Shown here in pieces: positions 60,155-64,000 of a DNA stretch of 64,000 bases. The translations under genes were made by a program, and so were the position numbers. This stretch comes from an uncultured Candidatus Saccharibacteria bacterium. GTDB lineage: Bacteria; Patescibacteriota; Minisyncoccia; Phycocordibacterales; UBA918. Numbering within the stretch: position 1 is the stretch's first letter; every line of letters begins with the position of its first letter. The stretch lies in NCBI GenBank assembly GCA_964638425.1, contig CAZWYM010000003.1, positions 16,289 to 80,288 on the forward strand. Reading direction: 5' to 3'. Under the pieces are notes generated by a model. The model was not told the DNA's origin. It made no database searches and saw only the letters and a list, made by a program, of their open reading frames with translations.

Positions 60155-60208
60155 TGCGTTAATAAAAAACAGACCCCTCAATTGAGGGGTCTGTTTTTTA
60201 TTAACGCA
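60155..60208. terminator. Perfect 54-bp palindrome containing an intrinsic terminator
   Basis: TGCGTTAATAAAAAACAGACCCCTCAA followed by its exact reverse complement. Confidence 0.85.
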
Positions 60209-60596
60209 TTGCAATCGTACTTGACCAACAAGCTTTGGATGAAGCCCATGGTTTTGTACCCTGCCGTAGGTAGAGATCACGAGCATACTCCATGTTATCG
60301 TATCTATCATTGAGGTCGAGACCAAGCTCCTTTGCTGTTTCTTCGTGATAACGCTTATTAATTTGCATTACCCCGGTATCAGCTGGATCCTGCTTCCCTC
60401 TCAAGACAGTACCATCTGGTAGTTCATGTCGAAATGTCGATTCACAACGTGCGATTTGAATCATGACGGGTATGTCGCTAAAGTAGGAACGGACTGCCGT
60501 TTCTGTGTCTGTTCCAATCAGCCTTTCTTTAGTGACCTGATCTTCATTTGTTGCAATGTGCCCATATGCAGAGTCCACTACTGGAACTGCTACCAC
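60201..60596 (-). CDS. Lytic transglycosylase (SLT/lysozyme-like) domain protein; true start probably upstream
   Basis: IARCES, GVMQIN, N..YA..LY, G..PW. Confidence 0.8.
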   Translation of the reverse strand: MVAVPVVDSAYGHIATNEDQVTKERLIGTDTETAVRSYFSDIPVMIQIARCESTFRHELPDGTVLRGKQDPADTGVMQINKRYHEETAKELGLDLNDRYDNMEYARDLYLRQGTKPWASSKACWSSTIAMR

Positions 60597-60799
60597 GTTC
60601 GATACAGCGAATATTGCTGTAATTAAACTAGATAAAATAAGCCAAGGGTCTTATCGAACAAAAAACGGCCGAAGCCGAGTTCATATATAATAACACGTGT
60701 ATACCTAAAGTCAAATTAGGCAACTCATTCTGTATATGTCAATATTATTCAATATCCTTATTTTGAGCCATATTTATATAAATATAATTTGACAAATGT

Positions 60800-61651
60800 C
60801 TACTTTTTATTGTCTAATTCGTTCTTTAAAAGAGCCATTGCACCATACAGGCCCCCCTCATCCTTAAGGGTAGCATCCACTATTTTGGGGCATGGGACGA
60901 GGCTCCCAACCGTCTCTTTTGTATGCTTAATGATGTCCTCGAGGAGGATTCGTGGGTCACCCACAATCATAGAACCCCCAAGCACAATGACGTCTGGAGA
61001 CCAGTACATTATCGTGTTATTGAGTCCAGACGCAAGGTATTTGGCGAGTTCGTCCCATACATAGTCATCTTGTGCTATTTCGTAGGGTTTCGTTCCTCGG
61101 CGCTTCTCAAGCGCTGTCCCTGAAACGAGGTTTTCGAGCGTTGGTGGGGTTGCGTGTCCTATGACTGTTCTATCGATATCGAGGATTTGATGCCCAGGTT
61201 CAAAACCAATACTCATAACATCAAGGTGTCCGTCCACAAACCGCGCTCCTCCAACTCCTGTACTCACGGTATGGTACGCAACAATGCTGTACCCCTTCCC
61301 TGCGCCGAAGACTACCTCTCCAAGCCCAACGAGTGCAGTGTCGTTTGCGAGATACACGGGTACATCGTAAGCCTGCTTCAAATCACCCACAATCGAGCGC
61401 CCAACCCAATCGCGCAATTTTGTTTCACTTACAATCCCCGTATGTTCCTTATTTAGGGGTCCTCGGATACCTCCTGCAATGCCTTTTATCGCCTTCCCTT
61501 TACGGACAGTCTCAATTGCATCGAGGACCGCCTTCATTCCATCTGCATAGAGTGGTGGCGTATCAAACTTCACCACATCTGAAATGGTAAACAAATCAGT
61601 GCTAGCAGCAACTCTTGTCTTGGTACCACCTATGTCAAAGAGAATGTACAT
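60800..61651 (-). CDS. ROK family sugar kinase
   Basis: DIGGT, NDT, STGVGG, EPGH, VLGGS. Confidence 0.92.
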   Translation of the reverse strand: MYILFDIGGTKTRVAASTDLFTISDVVKFDTPPLYADGMKAVLDAIETVRKGKAIKGIAGGIRGPLNKEHTGIVSETKLRDWVGRSIVGDLKQAYDVPVYLANDTALVGLGEVVFGAGKGYSIVAYHTVSTGVGGARFVDGHLDVMSIGFEPGHQILDIDRTVIGHATPPTLENLVSGTALEKRRGTKPYEIAQDDYVWDELAKYLASGLNNTIMYWSPDVIVLGGSMIVGDPRILLEDIIKHTKETVGSLVPCPKIVDATLKDEGGLYGAMALLKNELDNKK

Positions 61652-61664
61652 ACGAGTTCAAATA

Positions 61665-62933
61665 TTACGCAAGTAATGCCTTGGTGTGCTTCTTATAAAG
61701 CTCAACACTCGGCTGGTGGAACGGGTCAACGTCGAGGAGGTGCGCGAGACACATAACCTCAAGCATGAGTGAGACGAGCAACCCTCCAATTTCTTGAGGC
61801 GCACAATTTGTAAGCTCGGTGCTTCGGTACGGAAGCTTCTGGTCATCGTACGCTTGGAGTACCCCATTCTTGATAGCATCCTTCATACTCTCAAACTCCT
61901 TCCCCTGAAGGAACGGAAGATGCTCAAGAATCCAGCTTGAATTATCGCTCACGAGTGTGTCACCTTCTTTGTATGAAAGGAAGTGTGTGTACATGTTCTG
62001 GTATCCACTAAGGAAGAGCTCCGACATAGAGTGGAGGTCTGCACTCGTCGACACAGCAGGAAGCAAAGCGAATTCAAATGGTTTCTTTTTGTTTGTTACC
62101 GTTTTACCAATACTCTCTGCAAGGAGTTGTCTGTACCAGTATCCTATGAGTGAAAGGCGCTTATTGAAGGTAAAGAAGTTTACGGTATGTGTTCCTGACT
62201 CTGCCTCAAGCGCGAGTGTTACTGCACTTTCGTGTATGTGACTGATTGATTCAGGTGACAGTGCTGAGGTTGCTCCTTTGCGGAGTGAAGCAACATCAAT
62301 ACCGAGTAGTGTAAGTGGCACAATACCAACTGCGGTGAGTACTGAGTACCGACCTCCAACAATCGTAGGCATTTTTATACAAAGGATTTTCTTTTTCTTT
62401 CCTGCATTGAAAAAAGGTGTTCCTTCGTCACCAATAAAGATAGTACGCGCGTATGTATCTGCCTCGCCAAATTTCTTTACTGAGAGCGCTAGGAGCTTCT
62501 GCGCATTTACCATCGTCTCTGTCGTTCCGCCAGACTTACTAATGACAATGAAAGCAACATCACTCGCGTTTCGCGTCTTCTTAATGAGTGCTTCTACTTC
62601 AACAAATGCATCACTTTCAATACTATCGAGCACAATAAGTGCTGGGCTGTTTGGTGACTTCAGTGCATGATAGACCGCTTCTGTACCCAAATTAGAACCG
62701 CCAATACCAACGAGTACCACCTGCTTCACTCCAAGGAATGGTACAAGCGCCTTTTGGATTGTATTCTGGTACTTAGTATCTTCAGCAACAAAAAGAGATG
62801 ATTCTGAAAACGAATAGTTATGCTCCTTTCTCTTTTTGAGAATTGAATCAGTGTATGTTTGGACTTTTTTAAGGAAGAGGGTCTTTCGTTTCTTTGATAC
62901 GGTGCTGTTATGGAAGGATGTATTCATATGCAT
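61665..62933 (-). CDS. pgi: Glucose-6-phosphate isomerase
   Basis: GIGGSNLG, SKSGGTTET, GGRYSV, QLLAESIGK, DLHS, QPSVELYK. Confidence 0.9.
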   Translation of the reverse strand: MHMNTSFHNSTVSKKRKTLFLKKVQTYTDSILKKRKEHNYSFSESSLFVAEDTKYQNTIQKALVPFLGVKQVVLVGIGGSNLGTEAVYHALKSPNSPALIVLDSIESDAFVEVEALIKKTRNASDVAFIVISKSGGTTETMVNAQKLLALSVKKFGEADTYARTIFIGDEGTPFFNAGKKKKILCIKMPTIVGGRYSVLTAVGIVPLTLLGIDVASLRKGATSALSPESISHIHESAVTLALEAESGTHTVNFFTFNKRLSLIGYWYRQLLAESIGKTVTNKKKPFEFALLPAVSTSADLHSMSELFLSGYQNMYTHFLSYKEGDTLVSDNSSWILEHLPFLQGKEFESMKDAIKNGVLQAYDDQKLPYRSTELTNCAPQEIGGLLVSLMLEVMCLAHLLDVDPFHQPSVELYKKHTKALLA

Positions 62934-63682
62934 TATATTTGTCGGGGTGAAGTGGTATCTACATTTTTAACAATGTAATCATACGCCTCGTCGACAGAAT
63001 CAACAATATGGAACAAATCCATGTCTTCTTCTGAAATCGTTCGATATTTCTTGAGGAGCTGTGCCTCAACATACTTCATAAGTGGCTCCCAGAAGTCTCG
63101 CCCATAGAGAACAACCGGTATTTTACTAATTTTCTTGGTTTGGATGAGGGTGATAATTTCAAAAAGCTCATCGAGTGTTCCGAAGCCTCCTGGGAAATAA
63201 ATGTACACTTCAGAAGCAAATGAAAGCATTACCTTTCGTGAGAAGAAGAAGTGGAATGTCTCTGTTTCGGTAACGTACGGATTGAGCTTCTGTTCCATTG
63301 GGAGCTGAATGTTGAGACCAACCGACTTCCCTCCTACTTTGAATGAGCCTACGTTTGCCGCTTCCATAATACCTGGTCCGCCTCCGGTAATAATCGCAAA
63401 ACCTTTCTTAGCAAGCTGTGAGGCGAGGAGTTCTGCCGCCTTGTACGAAGGATCCATCGGTGAAAGACGCGCGCTTCCAAAAAAAGTTGCCGCAGTACTA
63501 TACTTTCGAAGTATGTCGAATCCAGACACGAATTCAGACATGATTCTGAATGTTCTCCATGATTGCACTGCATCATCCTCCTCGAAGAGGTCGGTGAGTA
63601 CGCGACAGTGCATATTGCGCGCGTCTTTCTTGAGACTAAACTTTTTACCTTTTGAATCCCCCTTTTTCTTGAGTATTGCCAT
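62933..63682 (-). CDS. LOG family nucleotide phosphoribohydrolase (TIGR00730-like)
   Basis: FGSAR, TGGGPGIMEA, FPGGFGTLDE. Confidence 0.93.
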   Translation of the reverse strand: MAILKKKGDSKGKKFSLKKDARNMHCRVLTDLFEEDDAVQSWRTFRIMSEFVSGFDILRKYSTAATFFGSARLSPMDPSYKAAELLASQLAKKGFAIITGGGPGIMEAANVGSFKVGGKSVGLNIQLPMEQKLNPYVTETETFHFFFSRKVMLSFASEVYIYFPGGFGTLDELFEIITLIQTKKISKIPVVLYGRDFWEPLMKYVEAQLLKKYRTISEEDMDLFHIVDSVDEAYDYIVKNVDTTSPRQI

Positions 63683-63702
63683 TCACAAATTCTATCATAC
63701 GA

Positions 63703-63999
63703 CTACATCCACGGAATAGAAAATTGTTCAAATTCTGGTAACAACTTCTTGCCATAGAGGAGGCGTGAGATAACTTCTGCATGTGAGAGTGCGCCCGTGA
63801 GTGCATTGTGCGGGTCCGGCTCATCAGCAATACCACAATAGTTGAGTACTGCATCGAGATTGAGTGCAGAACGTCGATGCAGTGCGTCGACTGGTGGAGT
63901 AAGTCCTTGATTAATCATGTGCATGTAGCAGAGTGAATGCGTATCAATAGTGCGGTGTGCCAAATCCCATGCAATTCCCTCTCGTTCACACGCCGCTTT
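63703..63999 (-). CDS. DEDD 3'-5' exonuclease family protein, C-terminal part (5' truncated)
   Basis: IDTHSL, LNLDAVLNYCGI, PHNALTGA. Confidence 0.7.
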   Translation of the reverse strand, partial: KAACEREGIAWDLAHRTIDTHSLCYMHMINQGLTPPVDALHRRSALNLDAVLNYCGIADEPDPHNALTGALSHAEVISRLLYGKKLLPEFEQFSIPWM

Positions 64000-64000
64000 G

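Noticed and set aside
1-64000. tRNA/rRNA genes and alternative genetic code 25
   Set aside because: No cloverleaf or rRNA signature recognised by eye; genes are full-length in code 11 and TGA ends some ORFs (e.g. 12621, 13833)

Overview
Chromosomal window of a reduced-genome bacterium, by inference Patescibacteria/CPR (Parcubacteria-like). The inference rests on a short AlaRS without C-Ala, a short L13, archaeal-type AspRS, a fragmented dcw cluster and many leaderless genes; standard code 11. Most of the window is housekeeping: typA, leuS, mltG, mnmA, alaS, the infA-rpsI ribosomal block, grpE-dnaK-dnaJ, trpS, aspS, pepA, scpAB, mraY-ftsW-murG, gltX, murI, pgi. A visibly AT-richer accessory region (~30.7-44.5 kb) carries homospermidine synthase, a sensor kinase and a run of amino-acid-tailoring enzymes. 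The best candidate for an undescribed system lies there: a stand-alone divergent AlaRS paralog convergent with a minimal YbdK/GCS2-type ligase whose leader is a complete T-box riboswitch. These are flanked by a class IV aminotransferase, a 2OG-Fe(II) oxygenase, an NAD oxidoreductase, S51 and M14 hydrolases and a SnoaL protein. Also seen: a miniaturised Asp T-box before aspS, a RhuM-Fic gene carrying a 50-bp copy of the trpS promoter and start, structured intergenic repeats, and a dif-like site where gene orientation flips (~58.6 kb). All calls come from motif recognition by eye; no searches or folding programs were run.
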